Under the pieces are notes generated by a model. That model was not told the origin of the DNA, ran no database searches, and saw nothing but the letters and a program-made list of their open reading frames with translations. DNA of 64,000 nucleotides from Minisyncoccota bacterium (GTDB lineage: Bacteria; Patescibacteriota; Minisyncoccia; Phycocordibacterales; GWA1-40-21): contig JBAYKL010000002.1 in the NCBI GenBank assembly GCA_041664585.1, positions 13,494 to 77,493 on the forward strand, in the 5' to 3' direction. The position numbers were made by a program, and so were the translations under genes. Positions 48,187 to 58,029 of this stretch are shown piece after piece (the first letter of the stretch is position 1; every line of letters begins with the position of its first letter).

Positions 48187-49083
48187 CTATCTGCTTCCAA
48201 TTATAGTAATCGCTTTTGTGATTATTGGCAAGATATCATCATAGAAATTAAGTGTTTGAATATCTTGGAGTTTAAACCACTTTGCATCGTCTAAACCGCC
48301 ACTTTCACCAAGGTTGAGATCATCCATTTCTGACTTTGCAAGAAAATAGGTAACTTGTTTACGAATCTTTCCATCTTCAGGATGATTTGCTACATATTCG
48401 TTACTCAAAAGTTCTTCCTCGACATTTATATCAATACCAATTTCATCTTTTATTTCTCTCATAAGACCCACTTTCATATCTTCACCATCTTGAAGTTTAC
48501 CTTTTGAAAGAGTCCATCTGCCAAATACATCATGTACAAAAGCAAAATATATATCGTCATCTTTTTTTGCATAGATAACAGCACCAACAAGCCTTCTTAT
48601 TGGCATCTGATCAAAAGAAATTTCTTTAATTGTCTTTTTTTTTGTTTGTTCGTCCTTACCTGGTTCACCAAGTTCTTTATAAATAGTACCGAGAACTCCG
48701 TTTATAAATCCTCCACTTTTTTCTCCTCCATATGTTTTAGCAAGCTCAATAGCTTCATTTATAGCAACCTTAGCAGGTACTTCTTTTCTATCAGAAAAAA
48801 GAAGCTCGTAAAGCCCGATACGCAAAATGTTTCTGTCTATAATAGATATCTTTTCAATAGGCCAATCTGGAGCAGCTTTTACAATAATATTATCTAGATC
48901 AACTCTCTTATCAATAATTCCTTTTAGCAAAGATGCCATAAAAGAATCTTCGCCTTTTCCATCACCAAATTCTTTATTATTTTTTTCTAGAGATAATAAA
49001 GTATCTTCTCGTGAAAGATTTCTAAAATCCCACTCGAATGTGGTTTGAAGAACTATTGATCTTGCAAGGTGTCTGTTTGACAT
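48187..49083 (-). CDS. nusB: NusB fused to a NUDIX domain
   Basis: IDRNILR, VAINEAIELAKTYG, FINGVLG; C-terminal WTLSKGK...REIKDEIG. Confidence 0.9.
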   Translation of the reverse strand: MSNRHLARSIVLQTTFEWDFRNLSREDTLLSLEKNNKEFGDGKGEDSFMASLLKGIIDKRVDLDNIIVKAAPDWPIEKISIIDRNILRIGLYELLFSDRKEVPAKVAINEAIELAKTYGGEKSGGFINGVLGTIYKELGEPGKDEQTKKKTIKEISFDQMPIRRLVGAVIYAKKDDDIYFAFVHDVFGRWTLSKGKLQDGEDMKVGLMREIKDEIGIDINVEEELLSNEYVANHPEDGKIRKQVTYFLAKSEMDDLNLGESGGLDDAKWFKLQDIQTLNFYDDILPIITKAITIIGSR

Positions 49084-49145
49084 ATTCTTTATTTACTAAG
49101 AATAGTTTACCAGATATAAAAAGAAAAGAAAAGACCGAGTGTTAA

Positions 49146-49370
49146 TTACTCGGCTTTTTTCTCTGACTTCTTAGCTTTTGTTTTCTTTACTGTTTTAGCT
49201 TCAAGGTTAATTATTACTTTACCTTTATACTTACCACAGATTGAACAAGCTTGATGTCTCATTACTGCAGATCCACAATCAGGACACTTTGTCATCGCAA
49301 CATTTTTTAAGAAATGATGAGATCTTGTGCTCCCTCTCTGGGATCTATTATGTCGCATTCTGTTTACCAT
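49146..49370 (-). CDS. rpmF: 50S ribosomal protein L32
   Basis: RSHH, CPDCG...HQACSICGKYKG; start MVNRMRH at 49370. Confidence 0.92.
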   Translation of the reverse strand: MVNRMRHNRSQRGSTRSHHFLKNVAMTKCPDCGSAVMRHQACSICGKYKGKVIINLEAKTVKKTKAKKSEKKAE

Positions 49371-49473
49371 AGTCCTAAGAGCATACACTATTTCTAAAAA
49401 AATATCAATAAGGTCTTTTCTTTTTGTATTCTTTTTGCTAATATACAAAAGCAGTCTTAAAAAGACTACATAT

Positions 49474-49545
49474 TCCGTGGTAGCTCAGCGGTAGAGCGAT
49501 CGCCTGTTAAGCGATTGGTCGTAGGTTCGATCCCTACCCACGGAG
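49474..49545 (+). tRNA. tRNA-Asn(GTT)
   Basis: TCCGTGG/CCACGGA acceptor, loop CT-GTT-AA, GGTTCGATCC; CCA not encoded. Confidence 0.95.
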
Positions 49546-49612
49546 CAGTTAGATTTGGTGAAAGCGACCTATTTGCGTCACCGAAGGTCGCAGATTTCGT
49601 TTAATCATTACT

Positions 49613-51025
49613 ATGAAGAAAACTGTCTTTTATTCTTGGCAATCAGATTTACCTAACGGCACAAACCGTACCCTTATTGAGAATGCTCTAAAAGAGGCAG
49701 CTAAAGAAATAGGAGACGATTCTGATACTGACATTGAACCTGTTATTGATAGAGATACTCAAGGTGTAGCCGGTGCGCCAAATATAGCAACAGCGATATT
49801 TGAGAAAATTGATTCAGCTGATCTTTTTGTTGCGGATGTATCAATTATTGGAAGCGCAAAGAAACGCGCCGTTCCAAATCCAAATGTTTTAATAGAGTTG
49901 GGATATGCTCTTAAAGCCTTGAGACACGAGCGTATCATATTGGTTTTTAATAATGCATTTGGAAAGGTAGAAAGGTTACCATTCGATTTGAGAATGCACA
50001 GAACCCTCACTTATAGTTGTACCGAGTCTGTCACAGACCGATCGGAGATAAAAAAGGATCTGATTAAGGATTTTAAGTCAGCGCTACTGGTAGGTTTTTC
50101 TCATGTCGCTTCCAAGAAAACGGCGACTCCAATTATAGATATCATAAAAAATAATACACCGAGCAAAAAGATTGAGCTTAGAACACATCTAACAAGCGTA
50201 TTAAACGACTTAGAAAAGTTTCAATCACCGATGAAGAGAGATGGTGGAACAGTAGAAGAGCTATTAGCTTCTATTCCTAAAACAGAAAATATATCAATGG
50301 AATTCTCAAAGCTTATCGAAACTATAGTTTTGATGAACGATATGGATTCAGCTAAAGAAGTATTTCAGTGGTTCGGTAAAATTTTAACCAAATATGACCC
50401 CATTCTTGAAGCAGGAGGTCAAACTTGGAACTGCGATGGAGATTATTACAAATTTATGGGTCATGAATTATTTGTAAATTTTGTTACACTATTTTTAAGA
50501 GAAGAAAAGTGGAGTGAATTAAAAGAGCTCTTAAAAATACCCTTGCAAGTTGGTCCAACACAACATCACATAAATGGAAGGAAAGAATCATGGACCAAAC
50601 TATCCGAACATTCACCATGGATTCTTGACGAAGGAAAAACCAGAGGTCGGGTATCTCCTCATGGAGATCTCTTAAAGAATAGACATGAGAATGGTGAATT
50701 AGCTTCGGTTATTCCGTTTAAAGAATTCACTGAAACCGATTTCTTTTTACATTTATATGGCGAAGGACAGACTCAAGATAGATATTATGGTCCTTGGTAT
50801 CCAAGAAGCGATATTTGGCTTCATGATACACCTAAATTTGTTTCAGAAATGGTTGATTATCCTACTGCTATAAAAATATGTAGCGTTTTACAAATAAGCG
50901 ATGTGGACGAATTAAAAAGACGATTAACTCATCTCACAATTCATTGGGATTGGCATTCTCCAATAAGTGACACTGATATAGCAAAGATTGGGACTATAGG
51001 TGGAGCGCAAATTATCCATGCTTAG
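49613..51025 (+). CDS. TIR-like/nucleoside 2-deoxyribosyltransferase-fold protein with helical C-terminal domain (candidate defence)
   Basis: VFYSWQSD, DRDTQGVAGAPNIATAIFEKID, FVADVS, PNPNVLIELGYA, LPFD. Confidence 0.75.
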   Translation: MKKTVFYSWQSDLPNGTNRTLIENALKEAAKEIGDDSDTDIEPVIDRDTQGVAGAPNIATAIFEKIDSADLFVADVSIIGSAKKRAVPNPNVLIELGYALKALRHERIILVFNNAFGKVERLPFDLRMHRTLTYSCTESVTDRSEIKKDLIKDFKSALLVGFSHVASKKTATPIIDIIKNNTPSKKIELRTHLTSVLNDLEKFQSPMKRDGGTVEELLASIPKTENISMEFSKLIETIVLMNDMDSAKEVFQWFGKILTKYDPILEAGGQTWNCDGDYYKFMGHELFVNFVTLFLREEKWSELKELLKIPLQVGPTQHHINGRKESWTKLSEHSPWILDEGKTRGRVSPHGDLLKNRHENGELASVIPFKEFTETDFFLHLYGEGQTQDRYYGPWYPRSDIWLHDTPKFVSEMVDYPTAIKICSVLQISDVDELKRRLTHLTIHWDWHSPISDTDIAKIGTIGGAQIIHA

Positions 51026-51193
51026 ACTAAGAATATCAATTAAACCCTTTTTTGTTAAAATCAAAAAATAATATAAAACTTTTATAAATAAACCAAGACA
51101 TTACCGCATAAGCCTTTTCTGTGCCTCATATGTAGCATTTTGGGCAACTACATGTTTTATATAAATTGTTTTTCTGTATAATTATTGGTAGCA

Positions 51194-52126
51194 ATGAAAT
51201 ATTATATTGAACACAAAATAAAAACATTATCCCATCTAAACGTTGGTATTGATAAAAATCTCCCAGAACCCTTAATGAATATAGATGGATATATCTTTAA
51301 ACAGTGGTCATTTAACTACAGAGATGGCTGGGGTGGTGATGCATGGATAGTATCTAAAACTATTGAAAGCAACTCGTGTACTGAAGCTATAAATCTTTTT
51401 CGAGAGAATCTAGACAAAATTTTGAGAAAAATCGCCTTCGTTTCTCAATGTTATATGGAGTTTTATATACAATCCTTTTTTATTCTTAGAGAAGACGGAA
51501 ACGCAGAAAAAAAGATCTGGTTCAGATTCTCCAATGAAACAGAAGGTGTTCCCCTACATTTCGATAACGAAGAATTAGATAATTATGAAAAAATTAAAAC
51601 TGCTTTTGATAACAATGCTTTCAGATATTTACAAGAAGCTAATAATTGTCAAAATTATGTGCCAAGATTGATGCTATTGTTTTCAGCGCTAGAAGCAATG
51701 TCAGGAAGAGTTGAAAAAGAAAAAACAAAGGAAGATGGTTCTATAGAGATCTATTATACTTATAACAAAGAGACTATGATAAAAATCATGGGTGGTGATT
51801 TATATAATGAAATATTTGGAACTGATGGCATCAGACACAAAATTAATCACGGTGATTATGTTGAGAATGTTTCAAAAAAGTTTTATACGGAATTAATACA
51901 TTACCAGATACTTGATTACTGTAATAAAAATTTAAATACTAATTTTGACTTAAAAATAGTTTCGCCAGGAAGATCTTTCTATGGAAACTACAGTATCACT
52001 GACTTCTTTATAAAACCTAAAGATCTAAATGCATCAATTAGTCTCAAAAATTTTGTTATAAAAGAGCAACCGCTAATGGTGGAAGGCTTTGTTGATATAA
52101 GACCCTTTGATACTAAAGCTTGGTGA
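51194..52126 (+). CDS. HEPN domain protein (ApeA/MauJ-like)
   Basis: LLFSALEAM and RHKINH (Rx4H). Confidence 0.65.
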   Translation: MKYYIEHKIKTLSHLNVGIDKNLPEPLMNIDGYIFKQWSFNYRDGWGGDAWIVSKTIESNSCTEAINLFRENLDKILRKIAFVSQCYMEFYIQSFFILREDGNAEKKIWFRFSNETEGVPLHFDNEELDNYEKIKTAFDNNAFRYLQEANNCQNYVPRLMLLFSALEAMSGRVEKEKTKEDGSIEIYYTYNKETMIKIMGGDLYNEIFGTDGIRHKINHGDYVENVSKKFYTELIHYQILDYCNKNLNTNFDLKIVSPGRSFYGNYSITDFFIKPKDLNASISLKNFVIKEQPLMVEGFVDIRPFDTKAW

Positions 52127-52240
52127 TAAATTTAGTTGACTCAAAGTGACCTGTTCGCATCCTGATCCCATTTTAAAAGTAGCTCAAAAACCCTTACAAG
52201 GTTTGAGAGGTCGAGTTGTTCAACCTGTGCGGGGAGCATA

Positions 52241-52290
52241 TATACTTTCTATATACATTATATATATCTTTGATATAATTTTTGTATATG
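52241..52290 (+). repeat. Promoter/start module copy 1 (with insertions)
   Basis: tatactttctatata[cattatatata]tctttgatataatttttgta[ta]tg. Confidence 0.8.
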
Positions 52291-52581
52291 AAAAATATTA
52301 AAGATAATTTTTTAACTGGTCTGTTTGCCTACTTTCCTATTGCTTACATATTAAACTTAATTGCATATAAAATTACTTACTATAATCTTTTCAGAACTGG
52401 TGTTTGGTATGATTTAATAGTTGGTGTTTCTACTTTTTATATTGGAATTATTATTTCAATAATTTACATAATTTCTTTTTTAGTTCGTTGGCACGACAAA
52501 GCACTTAAAAAAATTGACAAAGTTTTGTTTTCTATTTTTATATTATCTTTTTTTATTTTAGGATTAATTTATATTTTATAA
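52288..52581 (+). CDS. Small membrane protein
   Basis: Three hydrophobic segments, very AT-rich. Confidence 0.6.
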   Translation: MKNIKDNFLTGLFAYFPIAYILNLIAYKITYYNLFRTGVWYDLIVGVSTFYIGIIISIIYIISFLVRWHDKALKKIDKVLFSIFILSFFILGLIYIL

Positions 52582-52810
52582 CACTAATAGATAATTATTT
52601 TTGTTATTAAAGCAGGCTAAGTCATTCTTTACATTAAACCACTCCAAAGTTCTGAACCTGTCCACCAAGATGGAGTAGATGTATTTGATGAAAGCGACAT
52701 TCCCCTATTATGGGATTCATCAAAAGTTATAAGGATGAAAATATATTTTTTTAATAAAAAAGCGCCTACAGCCGAAACTGTAAGCGCATATTGAACAAAT
52801 GGAAGAATAA

Positions 52811-54190
52811 TCAGGCAGTCTTCTCTTTTTCCACAAGACGCATCAACGCGTCATAGTCACGGGCAAGACTATCTAGACGAATCAACCGTTTGGTCAAGTC
52901 CACGTCTATTTTATAGAACTGAACCAGACACGTATGGTGTGTCGGATTTCCACCAGACCATTCATTCTGTGGTTCACTGACGAAGCTGTAAGCATTCGCA
53001 TTCGATGGAGCAATCGCTTGCACTTCTTTTATACCGAATTTGAAAAACCCATGATACCCACCAACCGTCGTCCGAAACTGAACAGGGTCACCGATACATT
53101 CAGATTTCATAACAACGTATTCCGGTTCACAGGTATCCATACCCTCTCCGATTTTTGGATACTGAGTAAACCATTGATCGCCGAGCTTCATAAGTGCACG
53201 GAAACCAATGTCCTTCTGTTCTTTCACTGGTACGAGTAAATCTTGCCAGTATTTTCTTAGAAGGCGGTAAGCATCTGGGCCGTTACTGATACCTGATCGG
53301 ATATTACTTCCGGCCTTGATACCAACAACACGAACTCCGTTTGACCATTCATGACACGAGACATCGAGAACAAGACTTTCATTACCCTCATGGTGCAACT
53401 CGCAAAGTCGCCCCGTAGAAGTGAGGTGGCCTATTGCATACCCATCTTCGATTTGTCTAAACCCATGTTTCGGACCGAAGAAGTAGCAACAGTTTGATGC
53501 ACCACCTAATGTGACGATATATGGATCAGAATTATCAGCTCCATCACGAACATGTTGTGCCTGCCGACGGTCGAGATATTTTTTATGTACCTCTTCCTCG
53601 ATAGAATACTTATTCTCTGGTTTGAGACCAGCCTGTTCACGATGCCATAATCTCGCTCCAGTAGCATGTGCCTGTAAATACTGATCCCCTAATAGACCAA
53701 GACGAGCACCGAGAACTGGATCGGTCATCGCTTCAGACAGACGAAGCGTTTGCATGAATGGATATTCATAACGCTTGCAGTAGTCTTCAAGGTCGATAAT
53801 ACTGACCTCACCAAACTTTCCAGCTTCGAGATCCAGAAATTCTTGGCTCGTTATGCGACCACCGCGGACGCTACGATTCTTGTCTTTATATTCCCAACAG
53901 TATGCCTTTTGGATACCATCGAGAGTAGACATGGGGCCAACGCCGTGAGCGATAATCAAGAGACGTTTCCCTTGCTTACCGAATCCATAGTACTCCGCTG
54001 TGAGCGTTGTAAAATAATTCTCCCAAGGCACGTCTCCAAGATTTGCTTCAATCCGTGCTGCGACAATATCGGGCATGGTCGCCAAACGTCCATCTTTACC
54101 AGCGAATGCTGTAGCCTGTTTCCAGGCGGCAACAAAACCGTCCTGATGATAAAACGCCATTGTATTGACGTCTAATTTTTCTTTTTTCAT
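52811..54190 (-). CDS. Hypothetical protein
   Basis: 459-aa ORF, GGAG SD, GC-richer than flanks, downstream terminator. Confidence 0.75.
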   Translation of the reverse strand: MKKEKLDVNTMAFYHQDGFVAAWKQATAFAGKDGRLATMPDIVAARIEANLGDVPWENYFTTLTAEYYGFGKQGKRLLIIAHGVGPMSTLDGIQKAYCWEYKDKNRSVRGGRITSQEFLDLEAGKFGEVSIIDLEDYCKRYEYPFMQTLRLSEAMTDPVLGARLGLLGDQYLQAHATGARLWHREQAGLKPENKYSIEEEVHKKYLDRRQAQHVRDGADNSDPYIVTLGGASNCCYFFGPKHGFRQIEDGYAIGHLTSTGRLCELHHEGNESLVLDVSCHEWSNGVRVVGIKAGSNIRSGISNGPDAYRLLRKYWQDLLVPVKEQKDIGFRALMKLGDQWFTQYPKIGEGMDTCEPEYVVMKSECIGDPVQFRTTVGGYHGFFKFGIKEVQAIAPSNANAYSFVSEPQNEWSGGNPTHHTCLVQFYKIDVDLTKRLIRLDSLARDYDALMRLVEKEKTA

Positions 54191-54416
54191 TGAACCATCT
54201 CCATTTCCCGTTTAGGGATTTTAGGATTTCCTTGACCCAACACCATGTCAGATCTCTGCCAATACCTTGCCATATATAATTGACTTTTGCAAGTATAATA
54301 CATCAAGCAATAAGCAAACTTTTAAGTGGTAGAAAAACAAAACCATATGACTCTGTTTTTTGTTTCTTACGGGTGTTCAGTTTATGTTATGATATAAAAC
54401 ATAATTAATTAATCGT

Positions 54417-54887
54417 ATGTTCAGAAAAGGATCCGCAGTAATTATTATAAACAGTAATAAAGAATTTCTCCTTGTTAATCTAGAAGCATTTGAGGAGAAG
54501 AATTTTGCTATACCTGGTGGCGGGCAAGATCTTAATGAATCCTTGCTTGAATGCGCGTACAGAGAAATAAAAGAAGAACTAAACATAGGAAAAGCAGATC
54601 TAGAATATATTAATGAAAGCACCAGCCCCTTAAAATTCTATTTTAGAAGCCCTCAGGTAAGAGATGGCGTTGAATACATAGGATCAGAGAGACATTATTT
54701 TGGTTTTAAATTTATTGGGAATGATTCAAATATTATTCCAATGTCTGGCGAAGTAAGGTCATATAAGTGGGTAAAATATGAGGACTTAAAAAACTATCTA
54801 CTTTTTGAACAACAATTAGAAGATACGCAAATAAGAATAATTGAAATTTTTGGCAAAAACTTCCTAAACCTCATCCTGCATCCGTAG
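54417..54887 (+). CDS. NUDIX hydrolase (RppH-like)
   Basis: PGGGQDLNESLLECAYREIKEELN. Confidence 0.85.
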   Translation: MFRKGSAVIIINSNKEFLLVNLEAFEEKNFAIPGGGQDLNESLLECAYREIKEELNIGKADLEYINESTSPLKFYFRSPQVRDGVEYIGSERHYFGFKFIGNDSNIIPMSGEVRSYKWVKYEDLKNYLLFEQQLEDTQIRIIEIFGKNFLNLILHP

Positions 54888-54892
54888 TAACG

Positions 54893-54929
54893 TATACTTT
54901 CTTTATATCTTTGATATAATTTTTATATG
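54893..54929 (+). repeat. Promoter/start module copy 2
   Basis: tatactttctttatatctttgatataatttttatatg; 35/37 identical to 59037-59073. Confidence 0.85.
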
Positions 54930-55097
54930 GTACTAGATATAGAGCTGACTTTAAACAGGTTTGGGTTTGGAAAAATTTCAGAAAACAAATTCCAATTCTT
55001 ATGTTTTAGATTTTCTAAATGGAAAATCCCAAATAAATATTCCATTTCTTTTGAAATAAACTGGAAAACTAAGGAAGAAATTATTGTGAAGAATTAA
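54927..55097 (+). CDS. 56-aa hypothetical protein (not in ORF track)
   Basis: MVLDIELTLNRFGFGKISENKFQFLCFRFSKWKIPNKYSISFEINWKTKEEIIVKN, directly behind the repeat module. Confidence 0.5.
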   Translation: MVLDIELTLNRFGFGKISENKFQFLCFRFSKWKIPNKYSISFEINWKTKEEIIVKN

Positions 55098-55165
55098 ACT
55101 CTTTTTAACTTGACAAAAAGATTAAACAGGTGTATTATATCAGTAGACTACAGAAAGGAATAATC

Positions 55166-55441
55166 ATGAAAACAAACTCCAAAAAATGGAGAGTTATTTC
55201 AGGGATTGCTGGGTTAACGTTTTTTATCATTGCTAATTTCACAAACATCTTCGCAGGCTTAAATGTCCTTGCTGGATGTTTGCAAATTGTCGTTAACGTG
55301 TTTGTCTTCACCTGTTGGGCAAAGGCTTATCCACGTTGCCGTGGCTTTGAAAGATTTGTAACATTCATCGGAGTGATAGTTCCTCCAATCATGGCAGGGA
55401 TTACTATCTGGAGAGTGTTGTTACCAGCTGTTTTAAATTAA
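55166..55441 (+). CDS. Small membrane protein
   Basis: AAAGGA SD, three TMs, TTGACA promoter upstream. Confidence 0.6.
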   Translation: MKTNSKKWRVISGIAGLTFFIIANFTNIFAGLNVLAGCLQIVVNVFVFTCWAKAYPRCRGFERFVTFIGVIVPPIMAGITIWRVLLPAVLN

Positions 55442-55470
55442 GTACAAAATAATAAGGAAGGAAGCAACAA

Positions 55471-55779
55471 ATGAGTCAGTATCGTTTTATTTATTGGCGC
55501 AATGACATGGGAAAAGACAAGGACGGAAAGAGGTTTGCGAATATTCATTTACTGGTTGGCTACAACGATCGAACAATTGTTGCCTACCAGAAAATGGCGA
55601 GACAACTTCGCGAAACATTTCCTCAAGCAACAGACGAAGAAATTCGTTGTGAAGCAGTCACTAAATCAAACTTCTGTAAAAGTTTCAGCCTAATTGCCTT
55701 TGACGCTCATATACCAGAAGGAGAATATCCAACCTGGAGACAAGTAGAAAATGGCAGGGCTGAATACTCCTACGGTTAA
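55471..55779 (+). CDS. Hypothetical protein
   Basis: AAGGAAG SD, 102 aa, downstream hairpin. Confidence 0.6.
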   Translation: MSQYRFIYWRNDMGKDKDGKRFANIHLLVGYNDRTIVAYQKMARQLRETFPQATDEEIRCEAVTKSNFCKSFSLIAFDAHIPEGEYPTWRQVENGRAEYSYG

Positions 55780-55925
55780 CACCACCACCTCAACACGGAA
55801 ACCACTGTTGTGAGATGGTGGTTTTCTTTTGCTCAAGTTCCAACATCTCTACTTAAAATCATATAAATAAAATATAAAAAAGCCGCAGGGTCCAAGTGGA
55901 TCCTGCGGCTTCATGACGTTTAAAA

Positions 55926-57743
55926 TCACGCCATGATTACCTGGTTGTGAACCAAGCGCTGATAGTACTCATTCGTCTGCAAAAGGCTCTCGTGAGAACC
56001 CTCGCCTACGATCTTTCCTTCGTCAAACACGAATATCTTATCCGCATCACGAACCGTTGCCAATCTGTGAGCAATAATAATCGTCGTCTTCCCGACAGAC
56101 GCTTCTCGGATACTTTCTCGAATCTGTGCCTCATTCTCCGTATCGAGACTTGATGTCGCCTCGTCGAATATGAGAATATGCGGATTCTTAATAAGTGCCC
56201 GAGCGATACCTACTCTTTGACGTTGACCGCCAGAAAGTTTAATACCGCGCTCACCGATAATCGTATCCCAACCCTTTTCAAGTTTGCCAAAAAATTCAGA
56301 CACACGAGAAAGTTTTGCAACACGATTCAGTTCTTCTTCTGTGACTTTTTCAGCAAGACCATTCATACCGAACGTCACATTGTAACGCATTGTGCCATCA
56401 AACATCGACACTTCTTGCGGAACAAGACCTACATTTCTACGGAGCTCCCTATAATCGAGCATGCGGAGATCAACACCGTCCACAAGTATCTGACCTTCTT
56501 GAGGGTCAAACGCTCGCAGAATAAGTCCAACCAATGTCGACTTCCCCGCACCAGATTTACCAACAAATGCATAACGTTTTCCTCCATCTAGTACAAAGGA
56601 TACGTCTTTAAGTGCCGGTATTTCTGGCGATGCTTCTTTACCATCATGTCCTTCGTCTGCATCGTCATTCAGAGTGCTTCCTTTTGTTCTTGGACTGTAC
56701 GTGAAGCTAACTCCCATAAACTCAATTCTTCCTTTTAGATAGCTAATTGAGATGGGTTTTTTCGGCATCACGATGTCTGGCTCATAATCCAAAAACTCGA
56801 AATATTTATTGAGCGGCGCCAAACTTTTTGCCAAATTTCTCTGAATACGCCCAATGTTTGAGAGTGTACCCAAGGAAGAACTGACCCACATGTAGGCAGT
56901 AACAAACATCCCCGACGCGATCTTGCCCTTGTAAGCCAAGTATCCACAGAGAAGAACAGCTACTGTTTGCGAAAGCCATATCAATAACAGTCCGCTATGA
57001 ATCCAGCCAATGTAAGACAACCATACCGGCTTGCCTTTAAACGCCTGCGATGCATTTTCTTCGTCGCACTCTTCCCTAACCCTTTCTTCTTGAGCGTTAA
57101 CGTACACGACGTCGGCGTTCTCGATGAATTCACCCTGCTTCTTTGATACTACGTTCGACGCAGTATCTAGTTCACGTAATTTCGGAACGAATTTTGTATT
57201 GTATTTGATGGTGTATATACTGAATAGCACCACTGTAACCAAAACACAAATTCCGACAAGTGGAACCTTCACCATTAGAAAACCCAATGGCATGAGTATC
57301 ATGAGAATAGTTGGAATGAAATCATAAACTGCCATGCTCACGATTCCATGTACCGAAGATTCCCCTTTGCTCATTACACTCCTCTTAATGATAGAGTGCC
57401 CGACATGATGCTGGCCCATGGAAATACTAAAAAACTTTTCCATGGATATTTTCGACAAGAACCGAGTCAAATCATAGTCCAGGTTTTTAATCTCAATGCG
57501 ATCACGGAGATAAAAAGTCCCCCCGCGTAAACACATGAGAAATGCCCAGATAGATATTGCCACGATAAATGACTTCACGTCACTTTTCGTAACCGCTGTC
57601 ACCATTGATCCAAAGATTATTGGAAACACGGTGTTAAACAACTGCTGAACAAGCAGGAATCCAAGTATACCCACAAAATATTTATGATAAGGGGCACACA
57701 GAATCCATGCTCTCTTGAGAGTCTGTATCTTTTTCATTGTCAA
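55926..57743 (-). CDS. ABC exporter (fused TMD-NBD, MsbA-like)
   Basis: N-terminal TMs, GKSGAGKST, LSGGQRQR, IFDEATSSLD, IAHRL. Confidence 0.92.
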   Translation of the reverse strand: MTMKKIQTLKRAWILCAPYHKYFVGILGFLLVQQLFNTVFPIIFGSMVTAVTKSDVKSFIVAISIWAFLMCLRGGTFYLRDRIEIKNLDYDLTRFLSKISMEKFFSISMGQHHVGHSIIKRSVMSKGESSVHGIVSMAVYDFIPTILMILMPLGFLMVKVPLVGICVLVTVVLFSIYTIKYNTKFVPKLRELDTASNVVSKKQGEFIENADVVYVNAQEERVREECDEENASQAFKGKPVWLSYIGWIHSGLLLIWLSQTVAVLLCGYLAYKGKIASGMFVTAYMWVSSSLGTLSNIGRIQRNLAKSLAPLNKYFEFLDYEPDIVMPKKPISISYLKGRIEFMGVSFTYSPRTKGSTLNDDADEGHDGKEASPEIPALKDVSFVLDGGKRYAFVGKSGAGKSTLVGLILRAFDPQEGQILVDGVDLRMLDYRELRRNVGLVPQEVSMFDGTMRYNVTFGMNGLAEKVTEEELNRVAKLSRVSEFFGKLEKGWDTIIGERGIKLSGGQRQRVGIARALIKNPHILIFDEATSSLDTENEAQIRESIREASVGKTTIIIAHRLATVRDADKIFVFDEGKIVGEGSHESLLQTNEYYQRLVHNQVIMA

Positions 57744-58029
57744 CGACCTTTCTTTTAAAGAAATTTACACGCAAACACACTAACCTAAATCTGTTATAAT
57801 TGTATCATATTATAGTAGATTTGTAAAGGGTATTTTATACAGATTATTAGCCATAAAACAACATTTTGTTTTTGTTGACTTGTGGATTTCATGGCTCTTT
57901 TGGCAAACGGCTTATTTTATCACCCAATGCAGGTGAAGCAATTTGACAAATCTAATTGTAAATGCTATACTAGTAGTAGTTACAGTCCTTTCAAAATCTA
58001 GTAAATCATTTTAAAAAGAGGAGGTTAGT

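Larger units (their letters stand above)
49546..52238. mobile_element. Small integrase-less island at the tRNA-Asn 3' end
   Basis: 15/19 direct repeats at 49561-49579 and 52143-52161; right end GTTC...GGAGCA resembles the tRNA 3' end; shares a 19/25 motif with the right end of the Gln island. Confidence 0.5.

Noticed and set aside
49555-49600. H-type pseudoknot after tRNA-Asn (TTGGTGA/TCACCGA and GCGACCT/AGGTCGC)
   Set aside because: The third loop would be zero nucleotides, so the stems are mutually exclusive; better explained as repeated DNA arm-type sites.
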